DNA of 64,000 nucleotides from assembly GCA_903896545.1 (NCBI GenBank), contig CAITYF010000151.1, forward strand, positions 42,272 to 106,271. The letters are read 5' to 3'. Below are positions 39,654 to 48,223 of the stretch, piece by piece (position 1 is the first letter of the stretch; each line of letters starts with the position of its first letter). A program made the translations under genes and the position numbers. This DNA is from an uncultured Myxococcales bacterium (GTDB taxonomy: Bacteria > Myxococcota_A > UBA9042). The notes beneath the pieces are model-generated. The model searched no databases, was not told the origin of the DNA, and saw nothing but the letters and a program-made list of their open reading frames with translations.

Positions 39654-40949
39654 GTGACAGACATTCCGCCACAAAAGAAGCCGACGCGTTCCAAGGCCAA
39701 GCCCAAGACGGACGCGAAACGTCAGGTCGATCTGCCGCTGGTGGAGACGCCGCCACCCGCGCCGCCGCCGGCAATCACGGCGCCGCCAGCGTTGGCAGAT
39801 CGCGCCGCGCGGTACAATCGGCATCGGTCGCCGCTGGATGACCGGCCCCTGACTCAACAAGGCGTGACCGCGCCGCCGCCGCCACGACCGGTGCTGCCGA
39901 CGCGACCGTATGTGAACCGTCACTTGCCGGAACCACCCGCGACGGAAGCGCCCAAAGTCGACGCGCGGCCCAAGAACCTGGATATGGCCGCAATCGCGGC
40001 GCGCAATCGTCAGGCGCGCGATGCGGCCCGGGATGAACGCCCAGTGGCAGCGCCGATTCCGGTTCAAGCGAATCGTCCGCGCACCGAGCGGCTTGTGCCT
40101 GTGCCGGTCAAGCCGGTGCCGGAACGACCGCGCGATGATTCGATGCTGGCGCGCGCGGCGCGGCACAACACGTTGTTGCGCGATGAACAGGAGCGCACGC
40201 AAGCGCTCGCGCAGAAGCCGGTGGAAGTGAAGACGCCTGTGCCGCAGCGGCAAAAACCGCAGCCCGACGAGCAGTCGATGGTGGAGCGTGCCGCCGATGC
40301 CACGAAGCGGCGTCGCGACGCTGTGGGCGGCCCGTTGCAGGCGACGACAACGGAAGAGATGGTGTCACCGCCGCTGCACCTGGCGACGACGGCGTTTGTG
40401 CTCGTGAGCCGTAACGATGGGGGCCGCGTGACCGACCGGCTGCACGCGTGGCGCGCGCTGGTGGAAGCGCCGGACGTGCGCTGGTGGCTGCTGGACCTCG
40501 GCTCGGTGGACGAAAGCATCGCGCACGCGGAGGCTGCTCACGCGCAAGTCGTGCTGGTGCCCGGCGGCGCGGTTGCACCGATGGCGACGCTCGCTGCGCT
40601 GCTGCGCCGCGTGGATGCGGACACGATCTTGATCGCCGACGCCGATGCGCTACCGGATCGCCGGTCGTTGCGCGTGTTGGCGGACGTGCGCGCGGGCAAG
40701 AAAGTCGCAGCAGCGCCGGCAGATCGTCCGGGCGTGCTGGCGATCGATCGAACGGCGTGGCAAGCGGAAGGATTTGGCCGCGCTGTGGACCTGCAAGCGT
40801 GGAGCCAACGCGCGCTTCCGGGAAAGTCTCCGCTCCTGCAGGCGACCGGCGCTTTCGTCCCGCGTTTGCTGCACGCACCACAGGCTGAGCAGCTTCTGGC
40901 GCGTGCGCTGCCTGTGATCAAACGGCTGCGGTCTTTGCTCAAGCGTTAA
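39654..40949 (+). CDS. Hypothetical protein: Pro/Arg-rich N-terminal half plus a C-terminal globular domain
   Basis: GTG start per the ORF track. Very Pro-rich (PPPAPPPAITAPPALA...). The C-terminal 200 aa has a VLVSRNDGG...ADADALPD pattern that may be a nucleotide-sugar-transferase-like fold. No family recognised. Confidence 0.5.
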   Translation: MTDIPPQKKPTRSKAKPKTDAKRQVDLPLVETPPPAPPPAITAPPALADRAARYNRHRSPLDDRPLTQQGVTAPPPPRPVLPTRPYVNRHLPEPPATEAPKVDARPKNLDMAAIAARNRQARDAARDERPVAAPIPVQANRPRTERLVPVPVKPVPERPRDDSMLARAARHNTLLRDEQERTQALAQKPVEVKTPVPQRQKPQPDEQSMVERAADATKRRRDAVGGPLQATTTEEMVSPPLHLATTAFVLVSRNDGGRVTDRLHAWRALVEAPDVRWWLLDLGSVDESIAHAEAAHAQVVLVPGGAVAPMATLAALLRRVDADTILIADADALPDRRSLRVLADVRAGKKVAAAPADRPGVLAIDRTAWQAEGFGRAVDLQAWSQRALPGKSPLLQATGAFVPRLLHAPQAEQLLARALPVIKRLRSLLKR

Positions 40950-42211
40950 TTCTTCGGCTTCTGCGCTTTCAGTTCGCCTGAGCCCTGCGACGGCGCGGCC
41001 TTGGCCCGCTGCGACGGCGGCGTCTCCTGCAACGATTCGGCCCGCTTGCGCGCCACAAGCGCGGCTTCCGCAGCCTTCAGCGCTTGTCGCGCCAGCTTCG
41101 CCGTCTTGTCATCCCCCGCTGCTTGAGCGGCCGCAACGAGCTGCTTCAGCGCGGCGATGCGCTCGTCCGGCGTCTGCGCGTCCTCTACGGTCTGCCGCCA
41201 GCGCGCCAGAAGGTCGGCGTTCGCCTTCTCCGCTACTTGATTGCGCGTGCCCACGTCCTTGTAGGTATTCGCCGCTTGCGCCTGCTCCGCCGGCGGCGCG
41301 GGGGCAGCATTGGCCTGCGCCTGCGGTCGGTCCGCCGCCCCGCCACTCGGCCGCTGGTTCTGCGTCTCCTCGCGCAGCGAATCGGTGATGTTCTTGGCCA
41401 TCTCACGCTTGCTCAGAGAATCCCCGTTTGCAACGAACTTGTCGTCGAGCTGCTCGTCGTACGCACTAGCCGCCTTGCCCACCGGCTTGCGCTCGGCACG
41501 CTTCTCATTGTCGGCAATGACTGCAGGCGCCTTCACAGGTTCCGGGGCCACTTCCGCTTTTGCTGCCGGCGCATCCACAGGGCCGAGAGACGCGGCCTGC
41601 GCTGCAATCGTGTGCAAGGGTCGCGGCATCGCCGGTGCCGCCGGCGCTTCAGCCGGAGGAGCCACGGGCGCGGCGGGCACTGCAGCGGGTGCTGGGTCTG
41701 TAGGTGCCACCGCTGCGGGCGCGGCAGCAGCGGGCGCTGGTGCAGCAGGTTCGGGAGCGGGTGCGAGCGCAAGCGTCGGCGGTTCCGCCATCGCCACTGC
41801 AGAATCAGGCTTTGCCGACGCCGACTGGGCCGGCTCTTGGCGCACAGAAATCGCCACGAGTATGGCAACGGCGGTAACGGCGCCGAGCAGCGGTCCCGGA
41901 CGCATGATCCAGATCAACAGACGCGCCAGCGGCGAATCGCTGCGCTGCGCCGCTGCGTGTTCCTCAGCAGCTTGAACCGCGGCAGCGAGCACAACGGCCC
42001 GCACGCCAGACGCAACTTCCCCCTGCGGCAGCGCGGCCACACGTTGGTGCAAGGACGCATACGCGCTCAGCTCCGCCGCGGCGATCTCCGCTTCGAGCGC
42101 GTCGTCTTCGGCCGTCGCACGCAATCCGGCAATCCGACGCTCGTAGGCGTCGACAACAGCCGCATCCACACGCTCTTGCGCTGTGTTGTCCGTGGCTTGC
42201 CGCCGTGTCAT
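40946..42211 (-). CDS. Membrane-anchored anti-sigma factor (putative), Ala/Pro-rich extracytoplasmic region
   Basis: Lies immediately downstream of the ECF sigma gene. Single transmembrane helix LLIWIMRPGPLLGAVTAVAILVAISV, followed by (A/P)-rich low-complexity sequence. Start at M18 of the ORF. Confidence 0.5.
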   Translation of the reverse strand: MTRRQATDNTAQERVDAAVVDAYERRIAGLRATAEDDALEAEIAAAELSAYASLHQRVAALPQGEVASGVRAVVLAAAVQAAEEHAAAQRSDSPLARLLIWIMRPGPLLGAVTAVAILVAISVRQEPAQSASAKPDSAVAMAEPPTLALAPAPEPAAPAPAAAAPAAVAPTDPAPAAVPAAPVAPPAEAPAAPAMPRPLHTIAAQAASLGPVDAPAAKAEVAPEPVKAPAVIADNEKRAERKPVGKAASAYDEQLDDKFVANGDSLSKREMAKNITDSLREETQNQRPSGGAADRPQAQANAAPAPPAEQAQAANTYKDVGTRNQVAEKANADLLARWRQTVEDAQTPDERIAALKQLVAAAQAAGDDKTAKLARQALKAAEAALVARKRAESLQETPPSQRAKAAPSQGSGELKAQKPKN

Positions 42212-42289
42212 CGTCCCCTCTCTTCCTTCTGGCGCCGGTTCACGCGACCGGGTCCCTGGCATCAGTGTAGCGCATTTCCGCCTTCCTGC

Positions 42290-42877
42290 TTACAGGAAGT
42301 CACTCAGCGCCTCGCGTAACTGTTTGAGCGCATAGCGCATTCGACTCTTCACCGTATTCTCATTGCACGCGGTCGCCTCGGCGATCTCGGCAAAACTGAG
42401 GCCTGAAAGCTCGCGCAGGGCGAACACTTCTCGTTGCTCGTCGGGCAACTCCGCCATCGCGGCGTCAAACGCCACCTGGAACTCGCGGTCGGCCAAATTG
42501 CGACTCGCGTCGGTGCCGATGCTGTCATTGGCGATGCGATCGCCCAGCGTGCGATTGTCCTCGCTCCCCGTGGGTGCGTCGAGCGACGGCCCCGCGCGAA
42601 AGCGATCGCGCCGGGATGCATCGACGCACAGGTTGCGGGCGATCGTGTAGAGCCACGTGCGAAACTTGGCCTGACCTTGAAAACCCGCAGCATTACGCAC
42701 CACCCGCAGGAACGCGTCCTGCACGATGTCGTCCGGTCGCGCCGCACCGCGTTGCGAAGCAAAAGCCCGCAGGGCACGCGCGTGGCGGTCGTACAACGTC
42801 GTCATGGCCCGCGCGTCCCCATTTTGGAACTTCGCGAACAGCGTTTCATCGCTGATCGGCTCTTCGCCGATGACCAT
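42290..42877 (-). CDS. ECF-family RNA polymerase sigma factor (sigma-24 type)
   Basis: Region 2 (ARALRAFASQRG...DIVQDAFLRV..FRTWLYTIARNLCVD) and region 4 (LPDEQREVFALRELSGLSFAEIAEATACNENTVKSRMRYA). Confidence 0.8.
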   Translation of the reverse strand: MVIGEEPISDETLFAKFQNGDARAMTTLYDRHARALRAFASQRGAARPDDIVQDAFLRVVRNAAGFQGQAKFRTWLYTIARNLCVDASRRDRFRAGPSLDAPTGSEDNRTLGDRIANDSIGTDASRNLADREFQVAFDAAMAELPDEQREVFALRELSGLSFAEIAEATACNENTVKSRMRYALKQLREALSDFL

Positions 42878-42973
42878 GAGGAGCCAACTCAGCACCCGTC
42901 ACCTCAGACGCGCGTGGCGCCCGTTCGATCTAACCGGGGTAACAGTAGCAACATCCAGCGTGTGCGCCAACCT

Positions 42974-44275
42974 TCAGGCTTTGTGCAGGCGCACCACCGC
43001 TTCCACGTGCGGCGTGTGCGGGAATGCGTCGATGACAACCGCGGATTGCACCGTGTAGCCCGCGCCCTGAAGCACCTGCAAGTCGCGGCGCAGCGTGTCC
43101 ATCGCGCAGGACACGTAGATGATGTGCGCCGGACCGCCTTGGGTCGCCTGCTGACAGACGCCGCGCGCGCCCGTGCGACCGGGATCGAGCAGCCAGAGCT
43201 CGCCCGGCACCGCGGCGTCCACCAGCTCGTCGACGTCGCCACAAAAGAGCTGAACCTGCGGCGCGGCAGTCAACGTGACCCGCGCCCGCGCCACGGCGTC
43301 GGCGTCGCGCTCGACCGTGCGAATCGTCGGCGCCCGGTTCAGGCAAAGCGCGGTCAAGTTACCAGAACCGGCGAAGAATTCCTGAATGCGCGCAACCGGG
43401 CCCACCGCTTCCAAGGCGTCGGCGACGGCCTGACGGATCGCCCGATTGCCGCCTTCCGTCGCTTGGCAAAAGCCCGCGGCGTCGACGTGAATGGGAAACT
43501 CGCCGATGGTCTCCGGCAGCGTCACTTCCGTCAGCCCCGCCTGATCCTGAAAACGTCCGAGCGATAGCGTCAGCCCGGCCACGCCCAATTCCGCCAGCAG
43601 CGGCTGCGCTTTGGGCATCAGGCGAAAATCGTGCGGCAAGCCGTGCAGCGCCAGTAGAACGCCTTCCGCGCCTTCGACCGCGTACAGTTCACCCACTTTC
43701 AGCCACGGCTGCGCGACTGCGGGCAGCACCTGCAGCAAACGACTCAGCGGCTCGGTCAGCACCAGACAATCCTGCACCGGCGCGATGTCGTGCGAAGCCC
43801 GCGCCATCATTCCTGCCACCAGCTTGCCGCGGTCGCTTTGCAGATGCAGCCGCACGCGGCGACGGTGGCGCCAAGGCTCAATGGGCTGCTTGGCGATCGC
43901 CACGTCCACGGTGCGCCCCAGCGCGTGGCGCAAAAAGCTCGCCTTCTCCGCGTGCTGCGTTTCCAAAGCGATGTGCTGCCACGTACAGCCGCCACAGCGC
44001 GCAAACACCGGGCACGGCGGCTCCTCGCGATGGGACGACGGCGTCACCACTTCCATGATCTTTCCGCGCGAAATTCCGCGATTCTGCGGTAGGAGCTCGA
44101 TCAAGAGCCGATCGCCCGGCACGGCGTCCGGCACGAGCACCACGCGACCATCGGTCAGACGCGCGATGCCATCACCGAGACCACCCAGCGCGGTCACGTC
44201 GACCAGCGCGACTTCGGACGGTTGCTGCTTGTTTCGGGCTTTTGCGGGCGGCACTTGACGCGAACGGGGTGGCAT
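42974..44275 (-). CDS. rlmD: 23S rRNA (uracil-C5)-methyltransferase RlmD/RumA family (TRAM domain, Fe-S Cys cluster and SAM methyltransferase)
   Basis: TRAM OB-fold at the N-terminus, CPVFARCGGC 4Fe-4S motif, and a C-terminal methyltransferase with the nucleophile Cys (IYVSCAMDT). Start at M35. Confidence 0.75.
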   Translation of the reverse strand: MPPRSRQVPPAKARNKQQPSEVALVDVTALGGLGDGIARLTDGRVVLVPDAVPGDRLLIELLPQNRGISRGKIMEVVTPSSHREEPPCPVFARCGGCTWQHIALETQHAEKASFLRHALGRTVDVAIAKQPIEPWRHRRRVRLHLQSDRGKLVAGMMARASHDIAPVQDCLVLTEPLSRLLQVLPAVAQPWLKVGELYAVEGAEGVLLALHGLPHDFRLMPKAQPLLAELGVAGLTLSLGRFQDQAGLTEVTLPETIGEFPIHVDAAGFCQATEGGNRAIRQAVADALEAVGPVARIQEFFAGSGNLTALCLNRAPTIRTVERDADAVARARVTLTAAPQVQLFCGDVDELVDAAVPGELWLLDPGRTGARGVCQQATQGGPAHIIYVSCAMDTLRRDLQVLQGAGYTVQSAVVIDAFPHTPHVEAVVRLHKA

Positions 44276-44315
44276 CCCTAGCCTCTGTTCGCCGCAGTAC
44301 GGCGTGGGGATCCCG

Positions 44316-45368
44316 ATGAGAACGCGTTTGTGGGCCTTTGTCACCTTTCTCGGCCTCATCGGCTGTGGCGCGAGCACCGGTGGCGGCGGCGGCAGCAGCT
44401 TGGTCTACTGCGGCGTCGGCGGCGCGTGCCCCACCGGCTTGAAGTGCAGCGCGCAGAATTTCTGTGTGCCCGCGGGCACGACTGGCGACGCCGGAGTGAC
44501 CGACAGCATCAACGAACCCGACGTGACGGCAAGCGGCACGGACGTGACAAGTGGCGGAACCGACGCTGCCGTGCAGGACACGCCGCAGCCCATCGACGTC
44601 AAGGTCGACACCAGCAAGCCCGACACGTTCGTCCCGGACATCGCCAGCCCTGACGTGCAAACTGGCGCGCAGACCGTGTCCGAGATCGAACAAGCGGAAT
44701 CCAGCGTCAACTGCGCGACGCTGGACGGCATCACCGACTCCGCGAGCGACGTCAGCTTGGAAGCCGTCGTCGTAACCAGCCCACCGATCGCGCTCAAGGG
44801 CTCGGGTGGCGTCTACTTCACCAGCTTCTTTGTCGAATCCAACAGCGGTGGCGCGGCGGACGGCAGCTGGATGGGCATTCAGGTCATCGTCACCGCGAGC
44901 CCGTTCACGGTCAGCGTCGGTGACGTGCTCAACATCAAAGGCACGGTCAAGGAATTCTACTGCATGACGGAAATCAGCGCGGCGCCGGGCGACGTCGTGA
45001 ACACCGGCAATTTTGGCCCCGACGTGCCCGCGCACACAGTCTTTGTCAGCATCTTCGGCGACAACGCGACCGCAGAGCCGTTTGAAGGCGGCCTCGTGAA
45101 GATCACCAACGTCCAGATCGGCGATCCAAATCCGATCGCGACCGACGGCAAAACGCACGGCCAAGCCACGATCAACCACAACGGCGGCAACGTCAGCGTG
45201 CTCTTCGCCCCCGCCTACGGCTCCGCCTACCTCGGCACCAGCACCAACGGCGCGACGACGACGTTCGCAGCGGGTCAAGCCTTCGCCAGCATCACCGGCA
45301 ATGTGCAATGGTCCTTTGGCCAGTGGGTCGTGCGCGCCCGCTCTGACGCCGACATCGTCCTCAAATGA
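44316..45368 (+). CDS. Lipoprotein with a Cys-rich N-terminal knot and an OB-fold of the type found in extracellular nucleases (ExeM/YhcR-like)
   Basis: Lipobox LGLIGC; CGVGGACPTGLKCSAQNFCVP. C-terminal LEAVVVTSPP...GGVYFTSFFVES...GSWMGIQVIV...VSVGDVLNIKGTVKEFYCMTEIS...FEGGLVKITNVQIG matches the OB-fold signature V.V.GVVT...GFF.Q...G..V...VGD.V.V.G.V.EFYG.TEL. No nuclease catalytic domain is present. Confidence 0.55.
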   Translation: MRTRLWAFVTFLGLIGCGASTGGGGGSSLVYCGVGGACPTGLKCSAQNFCVPAGTTGDAGVTDSINEPDVTASGTDVTSGGTDAAVQDTPQPIDVKVDTSKPDTFVPDIASPDVQTGAQTVSEIEQAESSVNCATLDGITDSASDVSLEAVVVTSPPIALKGSGGVYFTSFFVESNSGGAADGSWMGIQVIVTASPFTVSVGDVLNIKGTVKEFYCMTEISAAPGDVVNTGNFGPDVPAHTVFVSIFGDNATAEPFEGGLVKITNVQIGDPNPIATDGKTHGQATINHNGGNVSVLFAPAYGSAYLGTSTNGATTTFAAGQAFASITGNVQWSFGQWVVRARSDADIVLK

Positions 45369-46600
45369 CGGGAGTTCGTCTGACTTGGCCGGGGCGTCAC
45401 GCGCCGGAGCCGCCGCAGAAGCACGGGCTGGAGACGCTGCTCACGGTGCCGGAAACGCGGGCGGACGTCGGCGCGGCGCGGTTGATCGCAGGCCAGGCGA
45501 TCGCGGTGCTGGATCGTCTGCTGCAGGAAGGTCGGGCTGGCCAGGTCGATCTGGTCTATCTGGATCCGCCTTTTGGCGCGGGCGTTTCGTGGCCGCGACG
45601 GCGGGACGTGCAGACTGCGGACGGCCAAGCGACCCACAATGTCGTGGCGTACGAGGACCCGGCCGACGACCTCGTGGACTGGCTGCAGCATCTCGAGACG
45701 GTGCTGGACCGCGTGCACCGGCTTCTGTCGCCGCGGGGTTCCGTGTACGTCCATCTCGACTTTCGTCGCGCGCCGCATGCCCGACTGCTTCTGGACGAGC
45801 GGTTCGGCGCCGACAACCTGCGCAACGAGATCGTCTGGGCATACGGACTCGGCGGTTCGAGCAAGGATCGCTTTGGCCGCAAGCACGACGTGATCCAGTT
45901 CTACGCGAAGGACCCGCGCCACACGTATTTTCAAGCGCCGCTGCAAAAGGCCACGTCGCAGCGCATGAAGGGGCAGTCCAAGCGTGCGACCGACGTCTGG
46001 CAGACGCCGCATCAAGGCCACGACGCGGCGATCACGGGCGCTTGGCCGGATTCGCTGATCGATTTGACACTGTCCAACAGCGATAGCCAACGCACGGGCT
46101 ACCCGACGCAGAAGCCGATCGCGCTGCTGGACCGCATCGTGCACGCGTCGTTGCCGCCGGGCGGCCTGGCGCTGGACCCGATGGCAGGTTCGGGGACGCT
46201 GGGAGTCGCGGCGGTGCGCGTCGGCGGCCACGTGATTCTCGGTGATCGCAGCGAAGTGGCGCTGGACGCGAGTCGCGGCCGCCTGGTGGGCGTGGGCGCG
46301 CGGGTGCAGGTCGACGCGCTGGACGGCGCGCTGGCGACGATCAAACAGCAAGGAACGCACGTTCGACTGGCCGACGGTCAGGCGACGCTCGCTCTACCGG
46401 ACGCACAGGTGGACGCGCTCTCTGCTTGGGGGATCCTCGATGCACAGGGTCGCGCGCTGGCGTGGTGGGACGGCGGCGATCAACGTACGCGTGAGCGCGT
46501 GCCGATGACGCTGCCGCTGCCGCTGCGCGCGGGGAAGCCGGAACGGCTGCTGACGATTGATACTGCGGGAAAGTGGAGTGTCGGGAACGTGGGCGCGTGA
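45365..46600 (+). CDS. Beta-class (N6-adenine or N4-cytosine) DNA methyltransferase with a C-terminal extension
   Basis: Motif IV DLVYLDPPFG precedes TQKP and motif I DPMAGSGTLGVAA, which is the beta-class permutation like CcrM/M.HinfI. About 110 extra C-terminal residues. ATGA overlap with the upstream lipoprotein gene. No restriction endonuclease gene nearby. Confidence 0.8.
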   Translation: MTGVRLTWPGRHAPEPPQKHGLETLLTVPETRADVGAARLIAGQAIAVLDRLLQEGRAGQVDLVYLDPPFGAGVSWPRRRDVQTADGQATHNVVAYEDPADDLVDWLQHLETVLDRVHRLLSPRGSVYVHLDFRRAPHARLLLDERFGADNLRNEIVWAYGLGGSSKDRFGRKHDVIQFYAKDPRHTYFQAPLQKATSQRMKGQSKRATDVWQTPHQGHDAAITGAWPDSLIDLTLSNSDSQRTGYPTQKPIALLDRIVHASLPPGGLALDPMAGSGTLGVAAVRVGGHVILGDRSEVALDASRGRLVGVGARVQVDALDGALATIKQQGTHVRLADGQATLALPDAQVDALSAWGILDAQGRALAWWDGGDQRTRERVPMTLPLPLRAGKPERLLTIDTAGKWSVGNVGA

Positions 46601-46604
46601 CGGC

Positions 46605-48050
46605 TTAGACGCCGTCGCCCAGACCTTTGCCAAGCGCCGCGAGCAGATCGAGCAACGCCTTGGATTCTGACTCAAACGTCGAGCGCTCGCGCGAACCGAC
46701 CGAAGGCTGAACCACGCCGCCCAAGGATGCCGGGTCCAGATACTTGCTGTTGTGCTTCACGCCAAAGTGCAAATGCGGACCAGTGGAAAGGCCGGTCGAG
46801 CCGACGAAACCAACGACCTGACCTTTGTGCACCGAATCGCCCGGCTTCACCGACGTCACAAAACGCTGCAAGTGCATGTATTCCGTCAGATAACCGCCGT
46901 CGTGACGCACGCGCACTACGTTGCCCGCCGCACCTGCGCGTTCTGCGGAGACCAGATGACCGTCGCCAGCCGCGTACACCGGCGTACCCACGTTGGCCGC
47001 GAAATCGACGCCGAAGTGCGCCTTCATCTTGTGGAGAATTGGGTGCAGACGCATGCCAAAGTTTGAGGTCTGGCGGCCCACTTGCAGCGGCTGGCGCAGG
47101 AAAAGCGGTTCCAGACCCTCACCTTCGGGCGAATACAGATCGCCGTGGAAGTTGAGCGCGACCGTTCGGCCGTCCTTCGGTTTCAGCACGCTGCGGTGTT
47201 CAAGCGCCGCGACGCCCAGATAACGCTCGACGTGATCGCCATCGACCAGCTTGTCCAGCACGATCCGCAGTTCATCGCCCGTGTGCAGCTCGATCGGTCG
47301 CAACAGGCGATCGGTCAGCATGGGCTGCAGCAGTTCAACGAGACCTTCGCCCTCGCCGCAGCGACGCAGCGAAGTCTCCAGCGTGCCGATGATGCCGCAG
47401 CGCAGCGCCGTGCGAACGACCGTGCCGGGCAAACCACCTTCGCTCGCGTCAAACCCGTCCGCAGTGCGCTGAATCGTCAGGCCTTCCGCATGGCTCGGCG
47501 CGACGACCAGAATCTGCAGCGCGCTGGCGTCCATCACGCCGGCGGTATCAAAGCGCGCCCAGAGGCGCCAACCAGCCTGAAGCTTCTGCGGATTCCGCAG
47601 TTGGCTGTAGGCCGCCACAACCTTCCGCGACGTCTCGCCGTGGATGAAGAGGCGCGCCAGAGCTTGGGAAAGGCTCTCACCCTGCTCCACGAGCACCGAG
47701 CGCGAGACACCCGGCGTGGATTCCGGCTGACCACCAGGCGTTGATCGCGTGGATGACAGGCGAACCGCCGGTTGCGCCTTGCCCAGAACCGCGTCCACGC
47801 GCGAACCGCTGGGCTGCCCCGCCGCGGCCGAGGCCACCGCCGAATCCGGCAAAGACGCTTTCTCACTCGCTTCTTGCAGCGTCGTCAGCCGCGCCATCGG
47901 ATCCATCGGCGCAAGTTCCGGCGATGCGTGCCACATCGACCAGCCGTTCGCCACGAGCACGCCCGCGATAACCGCAACGGCGCCGATGGACGGCAGCACG
48001 GAGCGCTTCTCGTAACGATGACTCAGACTCAGGCGATTCAAGGCCAGCAA
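46605..48050 (-). CDS. M23/LytM-family metallopeptidase with an N-terminal membrane anchor
   Basis: HFGVDFAANVGTPVYAAGDG...HLHFGVKHN zinc-ligand motifs. N-terminal hydrophobic segment. Confidence 0.8.
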   Translation of the reverse strand: MLALNRLSLSHRYEKRSVLPSIGAVAVIAGVLVANGWSMWHASPELAPMDPMARLTTLQEASEKASLPDSAVASAAAGQPSGSRVDAVLGKAQPAVRLSSTRSTPGGQPESTPGVSRSVLVEQGESLSQALARLFIHGETSRKVVAAYSQLRNPQKLQAGWRLWARFDTAGVMDASALQILVVAPSHAEGLTIQRTADGFDASEGGLPGTVVRTALRCGIIGTLETSLRRCGEGEGLVELLQPMLTDRLLRPIELHTGDELRIVLDKLVDGDHVERYLGVAALEHRSVLKPKDGRTVALNFHGDLYSPEGEGLEPLFLRQPLQVGRQTSNFGMRLHPILHKMKAHFGVDFAANVGTPVYAAGDGHLVSAERAGAAGNVVRVRHDGGYLTEYMHLQRFVTSVKPGDSVHKGQVVGFVGSTGLSTGPHLHFGVKHNSKYLDPASLGGVVQPSVGSRERSTFESESKALLDLLAALGKGLGDGV

Positions 48051-48223
48051 CTCCGGTGGAAGTCGATTCGACGCGGTGGAGATAACGCAGACGTAACGGC
48101 TCTGTCAACTGAAAGTCGCGGTCGTCTTGCCACGAAAGTGTCAGCGACAACGTCCGGCGCGAACGCTTGTGATCCGGTCAATCGGGCGCTACACTGTGCG
48201 CCCTTTCAAGCACCTGTGGCACC

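Noticed and set aside
41084-42319. 411-aa plus-strand ORF
   Set aside because: Antisense to the anti-sigma gene. Cys/Arg-rich low-complexity translation.
42896-42973. ECF-type promoter (GAAC ... CGTC) upstream of the ECF sigma gene
   Set aside because: The spacing between the candidate -35 and -10 elements is only about 12 nt instead of 16-17. Too weak to annotate.
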